A stretch of DNA of 63,882 nt, the filler included, from an uncultured Methanosarcinales archaeon (GTDB lineage: Archaea; Nanobdellota; Nanobdellia; Woesearchaeales; CAYSVS01), in assembly GCA_964434475.1 (NCBI GenBank). It is 32 parts of 32 records of this genome, joined end to end, with 100 filler letters (N's around TTAATTAATTAA, not from the genome) between each part and the next. Parts side by side here need not be neighbours in the genome. Positions count along the whole stretch, not along the records: positions 30,917 to 32,853 come from CAYSVS010000123.1; positions 32,954 to 34,873 come from CAYSVS010000124.1; positions 34,974 to 36,810 come from CAYSVS010000126.1; positions 36,911 to 38,728 come from CAYSVS010000127.1; positions 38,829 to 40,629 come from CAYSVS010000128.1; positions 40,730 to 42,519 come from CAYSVS010000129.1; 26 more parts are not named here. The stretch is one strand, 5' to 3'. The notes under the pieces were generated by a model. The model searched no databases. It worked only from the letters and a program-made list of their open reading frames with translations, and had not been told where the DNA came from. The position numbers and the translations under genes are program-made. This document shows positions 31,156 through 41,057 of this stretch, piece after piece (within the stretch, counting starts at the first letter, position 1; each line of letters begins with the position of its first letter).

Positions 31156-32693
31156 AGTCGACCCTGAAAATGTCATTTTTCAGAATATCTGTCAAAATTG
31201 ATTATCCATCTGATGTTTGTCGTAGGTTATAGATTTATAAAAACAGCTGATTTTAGCTTGCAAATGCTAAAAAATTGTCTGTCAGAGTTCCTTTAACAAC
31301 ATGAAACAGCTTTAAAAAGGCAAAAATAAGCTGGTTTATCAGCTTCTTGATATTAAATGCCATGCAAGAAATCAGCAGATTAATGCTGTCTCCAATAACT
31401 CCTTTTAGAAAGTTTCTACCCAACCTGTAGTCCGCTTTTAGGTGACCAATAATTGGTTCAATAGCAGACCTTCGACGGAACCGTTGTCTCTTTTGCCATC
31501 TTGATAATCCTTTTATTGACTTCTGGTGAACACGGAGAACCTTTGTGTTGCCTATTGTTGATCTTCCTCTATAGCCTTCATCAACCAATACTGCCTTTGC
31601 ATCTTTTCCCATTAGTCGTTTATACTGATCTAATGCCGGTGGTAGTGTATTGCCGTCGTAAATATTTTCAGTAAAATTAACTGCACCTACGATAATATTG
31701 CTGTTCTTTGTAGTCAATATTGATACCTTACTGCCAAATTCATATCTTTTGTGTTTCTTTCCCTTGCTGATACATTTAACATCAGGTTCGTGAAAGCTGT
31801 AGATCTTGTCTTTACTGTTTCTTGTCTGCTCCAGTATCTTATGGCTGTTTATCAGTTCTTCAGAATAAATGCGTTTTTGCTCTTCTGTCATTTCCCTTTC
31901 CAAATCTCTTAATAACCGTCCCGTAATTGTTTTCAGTTTTCTTGCTGCACGCCTACCTTCTTTATCACGTTTCGGACGTCCGATATAGCGGAGTTTCCAT
32001 TCTAATTTTGGTACTGTCCTCCGATAGCTCTGACGCAACTTAATGTTGTTCTTATCTGATATCTTCCAAACCCATTGGATTACTCTCTTCTGCAATTTGC
32101 TGTCTGTTGGAAAAGTGATATTTTTCTCCTGCACTGTCGTATCAGCTATTACTTCTTTTTCCATCGCTTTTTTGCCATGTAGTTTTACTGATACCTCAAA
32201 GAGCTTTTCTACCCCCTCTTCTCCTATCCTTTTGCGGAAATAAACAAGGTCCGTAGGATCACAAGGGTAACGCCATTGGAAAACTTCTTCTCCTGAGAAA
32301 TATTGCCAATAAGGGTTTTCTTCCCATTGTGCTACTGTCTCTTCGTCTGACAGGTTATAAGTATGCTTTAGGATCATTAGTGATACCATCAATCGTATTG
32401 GTTTAGCTGGGCGACCATAATCAGAATAAGTATCTTCGTAAGCTTCCTCGAATACTTCCCAGGGGATAAGTTTCTCAAGTTGGTATAGTGGATGCTTTGG
32501 GTTGATAGTATCTTTCAAACTTGTAAATATGCTTGACTGACCTTGTGGTTTCTCCTTGCTTTTCATGCTGCATTTTATTGTTTAGTTTGCAAGATCTCTT
32601 ATACAAATATACAAATTTCTTGCAATATTTACAAATAATATTTCACTTAATTCCGCTCCCAGTCTAGCTTTGATCACTTTTTCAGGGTGGACT
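31156..32693 (-). mobile_element. IS5-family insertion sequence, complete
   Basis: IRs AGTCGACCCTGAAAA and AGTCCACCCTGAAAA, flanked by direct ATAAT (or TAA if the IR is one base longer). Confidence 0.9.
31253..32566 (-). CDS. IS5-family transposase
   Basis: GRPAKPIRLM, ENPYWQYFSG, DTTVQEKNITFPTD, VDEGYRG and RRSAIEPIIGHLK. Confidence 0.94.
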   Translation of the reverse strand: MKSKEKPQGQSSIFTSLKDTINPKHPLYQLEKLIPWEVFEEAYEDTYSDYGRPAKPIRLMVSLMILKHTYNLSDEETVAQWEENPYWQYFSGEEVFQWRYPCDPTDLVYFRKRIGEEGVEKLFEVSVKLHGKKAMEKEVIADTTVQEKNITFPTDSKLQKRVIQWVWKISDKNNIKLRQSYRRTVPKLEWKLRYIGRPKRDKEGRRAARKLKTITGRLLRDLEREMTEEQKRIYSEELINSHKILEQTRNSKDKIYSFHEPDVKCISKGKKHKRYEFGSKVSILTTKNSNIIVGAVNFTENIYDGNTLPPALDQYKRLMGKDAKAVLVDEGYRGRSTIGNTKVLRVHQKSIKGLSRWQKRQRFRRRSAIEPIIGHLKADYRLGRNFLKGVIGDSINLLISCMAFNIKKLINQLIFAFLKLFHVVKGTLTDNFLAFAS

Positions 32694-33014
32694 ATAATAA
32701 TATTCGTTGCTCGGCTCAAACCACAAAATAAGAAAAAAAGAAGGTCAATACGGATATTATGAGACCAACCATAAAAACTTTATAGCAGATGCTCAGGTAT
32801 TTATATTTTTTATACAACACCTTGGGGGGCAACCTTGGGTTTGCCATGTAAATNNNNNNNNNNNNNNNNNNNNNNNNNNNNNNNNNNNNNNNNNNNNTTA
32901 ATTAATTAANNNNNNNNNNNNNNNNNNNNNNNNNNNNNNNNNNNNNNNNNNNNTATAATGCGTGTTCACTTAAAATCAAAAGCTTTAAATATATAACATT
33001 GTTATATACATAAT

Positions 33015-33392
33015 ATGTGTCAAAATAATAAAAACTCCCAGAAAGGATGTGGGTATCCTGAAAGAAGATGGTTACAATTCTTGATACTTAGAGTAGTGTG
33101 TGAAAAACAAACTTATGGATATGACTTAATTAAGTCAATTGAAGAACTAAGTCAAGGCAGGCACAGTGTCAAGTCAGGGACTATGTACACTACATTAAGA
33201 CGAATGGAAAAAGAAGGGTTGCTAAAATCTGAATGGAAAAAAAGCACAACAGGTCCCGACAGCAGGCAATACAGCATTACAAAAAAAGGAGATACTTACC
33301 TGAAGAATTGGCTTGAGACAATATTAGAAAGAAAAAAGATGATGGACAAAATGGCAGAATTTTACAATAAACAGTATGGAGGTAAAAAATGA
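33015..33392 (+). CDS. PadR-family transcriptional regulator
   Basis: YGYDLIK...GTMYTTLRRMEKEGL...YSITKKG. Confidence 0.9.
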   Translation: MCQNNKNSQKGCGYPERRWLQFLILRVVCEKQTYGYDLIKSIEELSQGRHSVKSGTMYTTLRRMEKEGLLKSEWKKSTTGPDSRQYSITKKGDTYLKNWLETILERKKMMDKMAEFYNKQYGGKK

Positions 33393-33613
33393 GAAACAAA
33401 CACATCCTTGAGAAATTATGCATATTCACATTTATTGTGACTGCTTTGACTTCAATTCCCTTGCTAATTAACTATATCAAGAATGTCTCTCCAAAATTTC
33501 AGTTAATTGTAAATTTGCATGTCTGGTTTGGAACAGCATTCATAATTTTTGCACTAATAAGGATTGTAAATAACAGAAAATCGATAAAAGATAAGATTAA
33601 TGGAGGTAAATAA
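33389..33613 (+). CDS. Small membrane protein
   Basis: Two transmembrane segments with LHVWFG; start overlaps the padR stop; GGAGGT RBS. Confidence 0.7.
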   Translation: MRNKHILEKLCIFTFIVTALTSIPLLINYIKNVSPKFQLIVNLHVWFGTAFIIFALIRIVNNRKSIKDKINGGK

Positions 33614-33614
33614 A

Positions 33615-33920
33615 ATGTACATCAAAGATATAATTTCAAAAGGGAAATTCTTACCAGATAGACCAAATAAAGAAGATGTATTAAAAACAGATAATTTCAA
33701 CATTGTAGTTATTTGTCTTGAAAAAGGTCAAGAAATAAAACCACATCCTGAGCCTTATGCTGTTTTCTTTTTTGTGATGGATGGTAAAGGAGTATTTACG
33801 AGTGAAGATGGTGAAAAAGAATTAAGCAAAGGCGATTCAATTTTTATGAAATCTGATAAAATAAGAGGAATAAAGTGTATTGAAAAATTATCAATCTTAG
33901 GAGTTCAGGATGGACACTAA
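33615..33920 (+). CDS. Cupin-domain protein
   Basis: LEKGQEIKPHPE...FFVMDGKGVF...KGDSIF. Confidence 0.8.
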   Translation: MYIKDIISKGKFLPDRPNKEDVLKTDNFNIVVICLEKGQEIKPHPEPYAVFFFVMDGKGVFTSEDGEKELSKGDSIFMKSDKIRGIKCIEKLSILGVQDGH

Positions 33921-34845
33921 TAAAAACAAAATAATAAAAGCAGAATCATTAGTAAAAAAATTCAACTCTTTTACAGCTGTAGATAATATAAGCTTTGAAG
34001 TTGAGAAAGGAGAAATATTCGGGTTGCTTGGCCCTAATGGCGCAGGCAAAACTACCACAATCAGGATGCTTACCGGAATATTCAAACCCTCAAAAGGCAG
34101 GATTCATGTAAGTGGATATGACATGGAAAAAGAGCCATTGAAAGCAAAGCAGATTATGGGTATTGTTCCTGAAATGGCAAATGCTTATGTTGATTTATCT
34201 GCTTACAAGAATATGGTTTTAATAGGAGAACTGTATGGTCTTGATAAACAAACAATAAAGAAGAAAGCAGAGAATTTACTAAAATTGTTTGGGTTATACG
34301 AAAGGATGCATGATAAAGTTAAAACATTTTCTAAAGGAATGAAACAGCGTTTAATTATAGCTATGGGCTTGATTAATGAACCAGAATTATTGTTCTTGGA
34401 TGAACCCACATCCGGTCTTGATGTGGAAAGCGTCAGGCTGATAAGAAGTCTTATCAGAAAATTTAATGATAAAGGAACAACAATCATCCTGACAACTCAT
34501 AATATTGAGGAAGCTGATAACCTGTGCGATAGAGTTGCTATTATGAATCATGGTAAAATTGTGGCTTTAGACCGACCGGCAAGATTAAAGCATGTAATTC
34601 AGAGCACTTCATCTATTGAGGTTGCATTTGAGAAAAAAGTGAGTATAGAAGAACTCAAGTTTAAGGAAGTTGGTACAATAAAAAAAATAGGTGATAAGAT
34701 AAAGCTTTACACTAAAACCCCTGAAGAAACACTGCCCCTCCTGTTCAAATATTCTCAATCTTCAAAAAACAAAATTATATCTATTAACACTTTAGGGCCA
34801 AATCTTGAAGACATATTTGTAAAGTTAACTGGTGAGAAAAAATGA
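33910..34845 (+). CDS. ABC-2 exporter ATP-binding protein (DrrA-like)
   Basis: GPNGAGKTT, FSKGMKQR and LFLDEPTSGLD. Confidence 0.93.
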   Translation: MDTNKNKIIKAESLVKKFNSFTAVDNISFEVEKGEIFGLLGPNGAGKTTTIRMLTGIFKPSKGRIHVSGYDMEKEPLKAKQIMGIVPEMANAYVDLSAYKNMVLIGELYGLDKQTIKKKAENLLKLFGLYERMHDKVKTFSKGMKQRLIIAMGLINEPELLFLDEPTSGLDVESVRLIRSLIRKFNDKGTTIILTTHNIEEADNLCDRVAIMNHGKIVALDRPARLKHVIQSTSSIEVAFEKKVSIEELKFKEVGTIKKIGDKIKLYTKTPEETLPLLFKYSQSSKNKIISINTLGPNLEDIFVKLTGEKK

Positions 34846-34973
34846 AGGTTTTAGAGTTTATAGGGCAGATAAANNNNNNNNNNNNNNNNNNNNNNNNNNN
34901 NNNNNNNNNNNNNNNNNTTAATTAATTAANNNNNNNNNNNNNNNNNNNNNNNNNNNNNNNNNNNNNNNNNNNN

Positions 34974-35272
34974 GACTGAAACAGACTTGGTACATCACTC
35001 TTCCAGCCATGAAAAGCACCATAATCATCCTCTTGATACTGCGGCTTGGGACCTTCATGGACACCGGATTTGAGCAGCTGTTCCTAATGATCAACGCTAT
35101 GAACCGATCTGTTGGTGAGGTATTCGATACCTATGTCTACGCTACAGGGATACGGGGCGGGCAGTTTAGTTTTGCCTCGGCAGTGGGACTCTTCAAGTCT
35201 CTCGTTGGCCTTATTTTAGTGGTGGCCGCAAATAGTGCCGCGCGGAAGATTGGAGAAGAGGGTGTCTACTAA
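34974..35272 (+). CDS. Carbohydrate ABC permease (LplB-like), C-terminal part
   Basis: GFEQLFL...VFDTYVY..G...ASAVGLFKS. Confidence 0.85.
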
Positions 35273-35284
35273 AGTGAGGTCTGT

Positions 35285-36160
35285 TTGAACAATAATACCG
35301 AGGCTAGGAAAGCATTCAACATCGTGAACTACACCATGCTTTTCCTTGTCGCATCTATATCGGTATTGCCGTTTGTACACATAATCGCCGCCTCCTTTGC
35401 GAGTTATGACGAAATAGTCTCCTCCGACCTGCTCCTCTTCCCGAGAAAAATATCGCTTGATGCATACAGGTACATCTTCTCGTCCGGTACGGTTACCAGT
35501 AGCCTGGGGGTATCCGCACGTTTAACTCTGATGGGTACAAGTGTGAATATGGTGGTGACCACTGTGATGGCATATGCCCTTTCAAAGAAGGCACTGGTCG
35601 GTCGGAAGTACATCATGATAGCCGTCATATTTACAATGCTCTTCAACGGAGGTATGGTCCCGACGTTTCTGGTAGTTAAAGGCACGGGGCTGATTGATAG
35701 TATTTGGGCGTTGATACTTCCCGTAGCGATTAGTCCATTCAACCTCATATTGATCAAAAACTTTTTCCAGCAACTGCCGGAAGAACTCGAGCAATCGGCG
35801 GAGATCGACGGTTGTGGCTACTGGGGCATATTTCTCAGGATTATTCTTCCCCTCTCAAAGCCTGTAATAGCAACCTTCACGTTGTTCTACGCCGTGCGAC
35901 ACTGGAACCAGTTCTTCCACGCAATCCTCTACCTCAATGACTCGGACAAATGGCCAATCCAGATCTGGTTGAGGCAGATAGTCCTGCTGTCATCTGGAGG
36001 ATTCGGTGACAACGAAATAGTAGGCGAGGATTTTCAGATACCTTCGGTGTCGGTAAAGATGGGGGTAATCGCGGTAGCCACCGTTCCCATCCTCCTTGTA
36101 TATCCGTTTCTTCAGAAGTACTTCGCTAAGGGTGTCTTGCTGGGCTCAGTGAAAGGTTGA
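35285..36160 (+). CDS. Carbohydrate ABC permease (LplC-like)
   Basis: EAA motif LEQSAEIDG, FNGGMVPTF and YPFLQKYFAKGVLLGSVKG. Confidence 0.92.
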   Translation: MNNNTEARKAFNIVNYTMLFLVASISVLPFVHIIAASFASYDEIVSSDLLLFPRKISLDAYRYIFSSGTVTSSLGVSARLTLMGTSVNMVVTTVMAYALSKKALVGRKYIMIAVIFTMLFNGGMVPTFLVVKGTGLIDSIWALILPVAISPFNLILIKNFFQQLPEELEQSAEIDGCGYWGIFLRIILPLSKPVIATFTLFYAVRHWNQFFHAILYLNDSDKWPIQIWLRQIVLLSSGGFGDNEIVGEDFQIPSVSVKMGVIAVATVPILLVYPFLQKYFAKGVLLGSVKG

Positions 36161-36229
36161 GCACCAGAGTTGTTTTAGGTATTGGTCACGCATGTGATTG
36201 ATATAAAACCATTTTTCAAGGAGTGTGGT

Positions 36230-36810
36230 ATGTGCAGAAAGAAGAGTTCTATTCTACCAGTTGTATTGTGTTTGTGCCTGCTATCGATCGTGCCGGTATT
36301 AATAAGTGCAACAGGTCAAGAGGAAGGTGAAGGAGCCACGTCAGGGGGAATCGAAGAGGCACCACTGACGATTTCAATGTTGAACATCCTCTATTATGAT
36401 CAGGCACCACCGGAGCACAATCCCCTTATGACCGCTATTGAAGAGTACGTGGGTGCTGAGTTCGACATCACGTGGGCGCCGGCTGAAAACTATGAGGATA
36501 AAGTTAGTGTCACGATCGCCGGCGGTACCATTCCCATGGTTCTGATGGCTCGTGAAGACAAGGATCCAGTCATCGTCAGCGCCGTACGCTCCGGAGCGTT
36601 CTGGGAGGTCGGTAAATACTTTAACGAATTCGTCAACTTGAGCAGAAACGGTGGCGGTAGGACAGCAGTTGCCCTTGAGAACTCTATGCTTGATGGAGCG
36701 AATTACTCCATCTACAGAAACAGGGCTCCCATTCGCCAGGGTATAGCGTTCAGACAGGACTGGCTAGACAATCTCGGTCTCCAGAGGCCGTATACTCTGA
36801 ACGACTTCTA
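36230..36810 (+). CDS. Extracellular solute-binding protein (3' truncated, spirochaete-like)
   Basis: Signal peptide ending ATGQEE and an RQDWLDNLGL motif. Confidence 0.85.
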
Positions 36811-36910
36811 NNNNNNNNNNNNNNNNNNNNNNNNNNNNNNNNNNNNNNNNNNNNTTAATTAATTAANNNNNNNNNNNNNNNNNNNNNNNNNNNNNNNNNN
36901 NNNNNNNNNN

Positions 36911-37547
36911 AAAAAAGTGATTGTCCGGTCACGCGGGTATACTGGATGACCGATTCGGGCGGGATGAACTTGCAGGCTGCATTCTGCAGACTGGTTTTTC
37001 CGGCTCCGGGACGGGACAGAACCAGAAGCGCCAGCGGATCCGGCTGGAGGCGGGATACTCCGGCAAGGTAGGCCAGCGCCTTGTTGTGTTTCTCGCCGAT
37101 AAAACCGATAGCATCGAAGTCGGATACGATATTCTTCAGCAAGTCTTTGTGTTTGAGCGCCGCGATTGCCTCTTTCTGTTCCTCATCGGTCATCTTCGGG
37201 GCCTCGCCGCCATTGTTGCCCTTCTCCCGCATGCTCACCCGTTCGGCTTCCAGTTCGGTGATAAGCGCCGAAAGCTCGGCCATAACCGTTGCCGATTGGG
37301 TTTTCAGATACTTCTCGCACGCCTGCGCGTACGATTCGCGGCTGCGGGCATAGTACAGGTCGAGTTTGTCGGCGTGGAACGTTGCGGGTGCGTCTGGTTT
37401 GTACGCTTTGATGGTCACATAGAGGCGGTCGAGGTTATAAGCGGTCAGGCCGGTAATCCGGTAGTGCAGCGTGTCGCCGTGGTACTGGAGACCTTCAGCG
37501 TTGCGGGACAGTCTGGAAGCGGGATTGTCTTTGCCGTTGCTGGACAT
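36911..37547 (-). CDS. Mobile-element P-loop helicase (C-terminal module of CHC2 primase-helicase type proteins), 3' truncated
   Basis: FHADKLDLY, GFIGEKHNK..AYL..VSR, Walker A PGAGKT and TGQSLF. Confidence 0.7.
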
Positions 37548-37848
37548 TGGGAAAGCTCCTTTCGTAGGGTTTGTAAGATGCCCCGCAAGAACTCAAGGCC
37601 GTATCCATTTTCCGGCGCATGTCGTTCATGCTGTTACGAAAGGCGGTCATGTCCAGTTCTACCTTTTCACTCCGGTATGCTTCCCGAAGCTCCCGAACAC
37701 GCGAACCCACGAACACGAACGACACCCGCCGACGGTCGTTCTTCTCCACCCGGTCGAGTTGGCACCCGACGCAGTGAAGAAACGCGGCAAGGAACAAATC
37801 GTTCGTGATTATGGCAGGTTCGCCTGCGGTATGGTATTTTTTAGACAT
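37495..37848 (-). CDS. DUF5659-like small protein
   Basis: TNDLFLAAFL...RVSFVF pattern. Confidence 0.6.
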   Translation of the reverse strand: MSKKYHTAGEPAIITNDLFLAAFLHCVGCQLDRVEKNDRRRVSFVFVGSRVRELREAYRSEKVELDMTAFRNSMNDMRRKMDTALSSCGASYKPYERSFPNVQQRQRQSRFQTVPQR

Positions 37849-38015
37849 CAAGCCGCCTTTTATGGGCGTTTGGTTTATTGGCCGACGGTGGAAGTTTGCA
37901 GACAGACACCGGCGGCCTTTTTTTATCTCGCCAAAAACTTGGCAAGTACTTTTTTCAATACTTCCAAAGATACATTTCGGTACATTCATGTGCAAGTGGA
38001 TAGTATTTTTTAAGT

Positions 38016-38411
38016 ATGAAGAAAGGAAAACCCGGCCCCAGCAGGGGCAAAAAACATACACAGGTTAAACGGTCACCCTTGGGAACAAGACTCTATAGAG
38101 CACGCCGGGCACGAGGACTGACTCAAGAAAGACTTGGTACACTTGTCGGTTTATCAAAGCGGATGATTGCGCACTATGAAGCCGGCTCGAAAGCCATGAC
38201 GGTCGAGTCTCTACAAAAAATTGCGGCGACCCTTGGCGTGACTGTCTCGCAGCTTCTGGGGGAAAAATCTGCACCACCGGATTTAGAGAACGGCATAAAG
38301 CCTTCTGTCCGTAAGCGCATCGAGGCACTCAAGGAGCTTCCCGTAGCAGACCAGCAAGCAATATTCAGGATGATTGACAACGCTTTGAAAAAGGACACTG
38401 AAGAAAAGTAG
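38016..38411 (+). CDS. XRE-family HTH regulator
   Basis: RRARGLTQERLG..VGLSKRMIAHYEAG; divergent from the replication genes. Confidence 0.9.
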   Translation: MKKGKPGPSRGKKHTQVKRSPLGTRLYRARRARGLTQERLGTLVGLSKRMIAHYEAGSKAMTVESLQKIAATLGVTVSQLLGEKSAPPDLENGIKPSVRKRIEALKELPVADQQAIFRMIDNALKKDTEEK

Positions 38412-38521
38412 TAGCCGCTGACGCTGGAACGTGCTTGATAACCCCGCCCGCCGTCCCTGAAGAGTTACCGCCTTCAACCCCCGTCCTACCGGCAGCCGCA
38501 CTCCGGCATCGTGCCTGCGTG

Positions 38522-38636
38522 CTTTTACATAATGCGGGTTATGTGTCCGGTCGCCCGTCCATGGGCTCCCACATGCTTGAAGTATGGTATTGATGTCGTT
38601 ATAGCGCATGTCAACATAACCGGCATTATGCAAACT
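38522..38636. other. Pair of inverted dif-like (Xer) sites
   Basis: CTTTTACATAA-TGCGGG-TTATGTGTCCG (38522-38549, +) and AGTTTGCATAA-TGCCGG-TTATGTTGACA (38609-38636, -). Confidence 0.65.
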
Positions 38637-39012
38637 GACCGGCTTTACTTCGACTCCGCTCAGCACAAGCACGGCCGGGGGCTTCAGTCGGTAAGCGTTC
38701 CGGCGGCGGCCTGTCGTTCGCTTTGCGCNNNNNNNNNNNNNNNNNNNNNNNNNNNNNNNNNNNNNNNNNNNNTTAATTAATTAANNNNNNNNNNNNNNNN
38801 NNNNNNNNNNNNNNNNNNNNNNNNNNNNTTAAATTCAATAAATATAATTAACTAAAGCCTTTGGTTGCAACAGGCTTTTATAGAGTAAAACCGAGGTAAA
38901 GAGAAAATTTCTTTTTCATTTTTGTTTTCCTCTGTTCACCTCTGTTACCTCTGTGGTCATATGTTTATTTGAATATTAAAAAATACAAATTGCTCACCCA
39001 CAGGAGACCCCG

Positions 39013-40320
39013 TTGAAAACCATTGCAGTTATCGGACTTGGATATGTCGGCCTGCCGTTGGCCGTTGAATTTGGCAAACATCGCCCCACGCTGGGATTTG
39101 ATGTCAACGCCAAGCGCGTGCTGGAGCTGGAATCCGGCCACGACAATACCCTCGAAGTCAAAGATAAAGACCTGGCGGCCGCCACGCACCTGACGTTTAC
39201 CGCCAAACTCGACGACCTCAAAGCCGCCGACATTTTTATCATTGCCGTACCCACGCCGGTGGACAAGAACAAACGCCCCGACCTCGGTCCGTTGCTGAGC
39301 GCCTCGGAAACCGTCGGTAAGGCGCTGAAACGCGGTGATATTGTGATTTACGAATCCACCGTCTATCCCGGCGCCACCGAGGAAGATTGCGTGCCGGTGC
39401 TGGAACGGGTCAGCGACCTCGCCTACAATCACGATTTCTTTTGCGGCTATTCACCGGAACGCATCAATCCCGGCGACAAGGTCAACACCCTCACCACCAT
39501 CAAAAAAGTGACCTCGGGCTCGACCCCGGAAATTGCCGATGAGGTGGACGCCCTGTACAACGAGATCGTCACCGCCGGCACCCACAAGGCGCCGAGCATC
39601 AAAGTAGCGGAAGCCGCCAAGGTAATTGAAAACTCGCAGCGCGATATCAACATTGCCTTTGTCAACGAGCTGGCGGTGCTGTTCAACAAGATGAACATCG
39701 ATACCCTGGACGTGCTGCAAGCCGCCGGCACAAAGTGGAATTTCCTGCCGTTTCGGCCCGGACTCGTGGGCGGCCATTGTATCGGCGTCGATCCCTATTA
39801 TCTCACCCACAAGGCCCAGGAACTCGGCCACAATCCCGAGATCATCCTCGCCGGCCGCCGGCTCAACGATAACATGGGCTATTACGTCGCGCATCAAGTC
39901 ATCAAACTGATGATTCAAAACGATTTCAAAGTCCAGGGCTCGCGGGTTTTGGTGCTGGGCATGACGTTCAAGGAAAACTGTCCGGATATCCGCAACTCGC
40001 GGGTGATCGATGTGGTGCGCGAGCTGCAAGAATTTAGCTGCAAGGTGGATGTGTTTGATCCCTGGGCCGATGGCGCCGAGGTCAAGCACGAGTACGGCAT
40101 CGACCTGGTGCAGCTGCCGCAAAACGGCGACATTATTGCCGATCTGCCCGAGGACGTCGACCGCCATATCCGCACCATCGACGGCTATCAGGCCGTGGTG
40201 CTCACCGTGGCGCACGCGCAGTTTAACCATTATCACTATACCTGCGCCCATAACAAGAGCTGTATCGTCTACGACATCAAAGGCCGCCTGCCGCGCGACC
40301 TCGTCGCCGGACGGTTGTAG
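39013..40320 (+). CDS. UDP-N-acetylhexosamine dehydrogenase (TviB/WbpO family)
   Basis: IGLGYVGLP, YESTVYPG, YSPERINPGD, GGHCIGVDPYYL and FKENCPDIRN. Confidence 0.93.
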   Translation: MKTIAVIGLGYVGLPLAVEFGKHRPTLGFDVNAKRVLELESGHDNTLEVKDKDLAAATHLTFTAKLDDLKAADIFIIAVPTPVDKNKRPDLGPLLSASETVGKALKRGDIVIYESTVYPGATEEDCVPVLERVSDLAYNHDFFCGYSPERINPGDKVNTLTTIKKVTSGSTPEIADEVDALYNEIVTAGTHKAPSIKVAEAAKVIENSQRDINIAFVNELAVLFNKMNIDTLDVLQAAGTKWNFLPFRPGLVGGHCIGVDPYYLTHKAQELGHNPEIILAGRRLNDNMGYYVAHQVIKLMIQNDFKVQGSRVLVLGMTFKENCPDIRNSRVIDVVRELQEFSCKVDVFDPWADGAEVKHEYGIDLVQLPQNGDIIADLPEDVDRHIRTIDGYQAVVLTVAHAQFNHYHYTCAHNKSCIVYDIKGRLPRDLVAGRL

Positions 40321-40345
40321 ACAAAAAGAAAGGCTGCAAAGATAG

Positions 40346-40629
40346 TAACCACGGAGGACACAGAGTTTAACAGAGGAAAAAAATAAAATCTTTTTCTTCC
40401 GTTCCCTCCGTGGTTAACAGTTTTTTGTCTTTGCGTCCTCCGCGAGTCCTTTGCGTTCTTTGCGATATGTTTTTAAAGAATTATCGCAGTTCGCAAAGAG
40501 ATAGAAACCACGGAGGCCACAGAGTTTAACAGAGGAAAAAAAAGATTTAATTTTTCCTCCGTTTCCCTCCGCTTCCTCCGTGGTTAACAGCTTTTATTCT
40601 TTGCGGTATGTTTTCAAGTATCGCAAAGG
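40346..40629. repeat. Tandem pair of about 159-bp hairpin repeats (AACCACGGAGG...CCTCCGTGGTT)
   Basis: Units start at about 40347 and 40506. A related half-site CCTCTGTTCACCTCTGTTACCTCTGTGGT lies upstream of the gene near 38929-38958. Confidence 0.8.
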
Positions 40630-40779
40630 NNNNNNNNNNNNNNNNNNNNNNNNNNNNNNNNNNNNNNNNNNNNTTAATTAATTAANNNNNNNNNNNNNNN
40701 NNNNNNNNNNNNNNNNNNNNNNNNNNNNNGAAGCTTCATCAATGAAGCTGAAACAATCATTAATTTTTGAGGTGAAAAA

Positions 40780-41055
40780 ATGGTGTTATTTATTATAAAA
40801 GAATCCTTACTGGCTGGAGAACCTAGCATGATTAAGTATTTGAATCCTAAAGACAAAGTTTTGCTAATACAGGACGGTGTGCTGATATTAAATAAAGGAG
40901 ATTCAGGCATTCAGGCTTTAAAAGAGAAAGATACTGAAGTATTAGCATTAAAAGAAGACTTAGAGCTTCGAGGAATCCAAAATAATGCTAAGGTCAAACT
41001 TATTGATTATCATGGCTTTGTAGAATTAATAGAAAATGAGAAGGTGTTTTCTTAA
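40780..41055 (+). CDS. dsrH: DsrH/TusB sulfur-relay protein
   Basis: VLLIQDGV...ALKEDLELRG...IDYHGFVEL. It is preceded by a DsrE/F-like C-terminus (EAETIINF*). Confidence 0.85.
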   Translation: MVLFIIKESLLAGEPSMIKYLNPKDKVLLIQDGVLILNKGDSGIQALKEKDTEVLALKEDLELRGIQNNAKVKLIDYHGFVELIENEKVFS

Positions 41056-41057
41056 AG

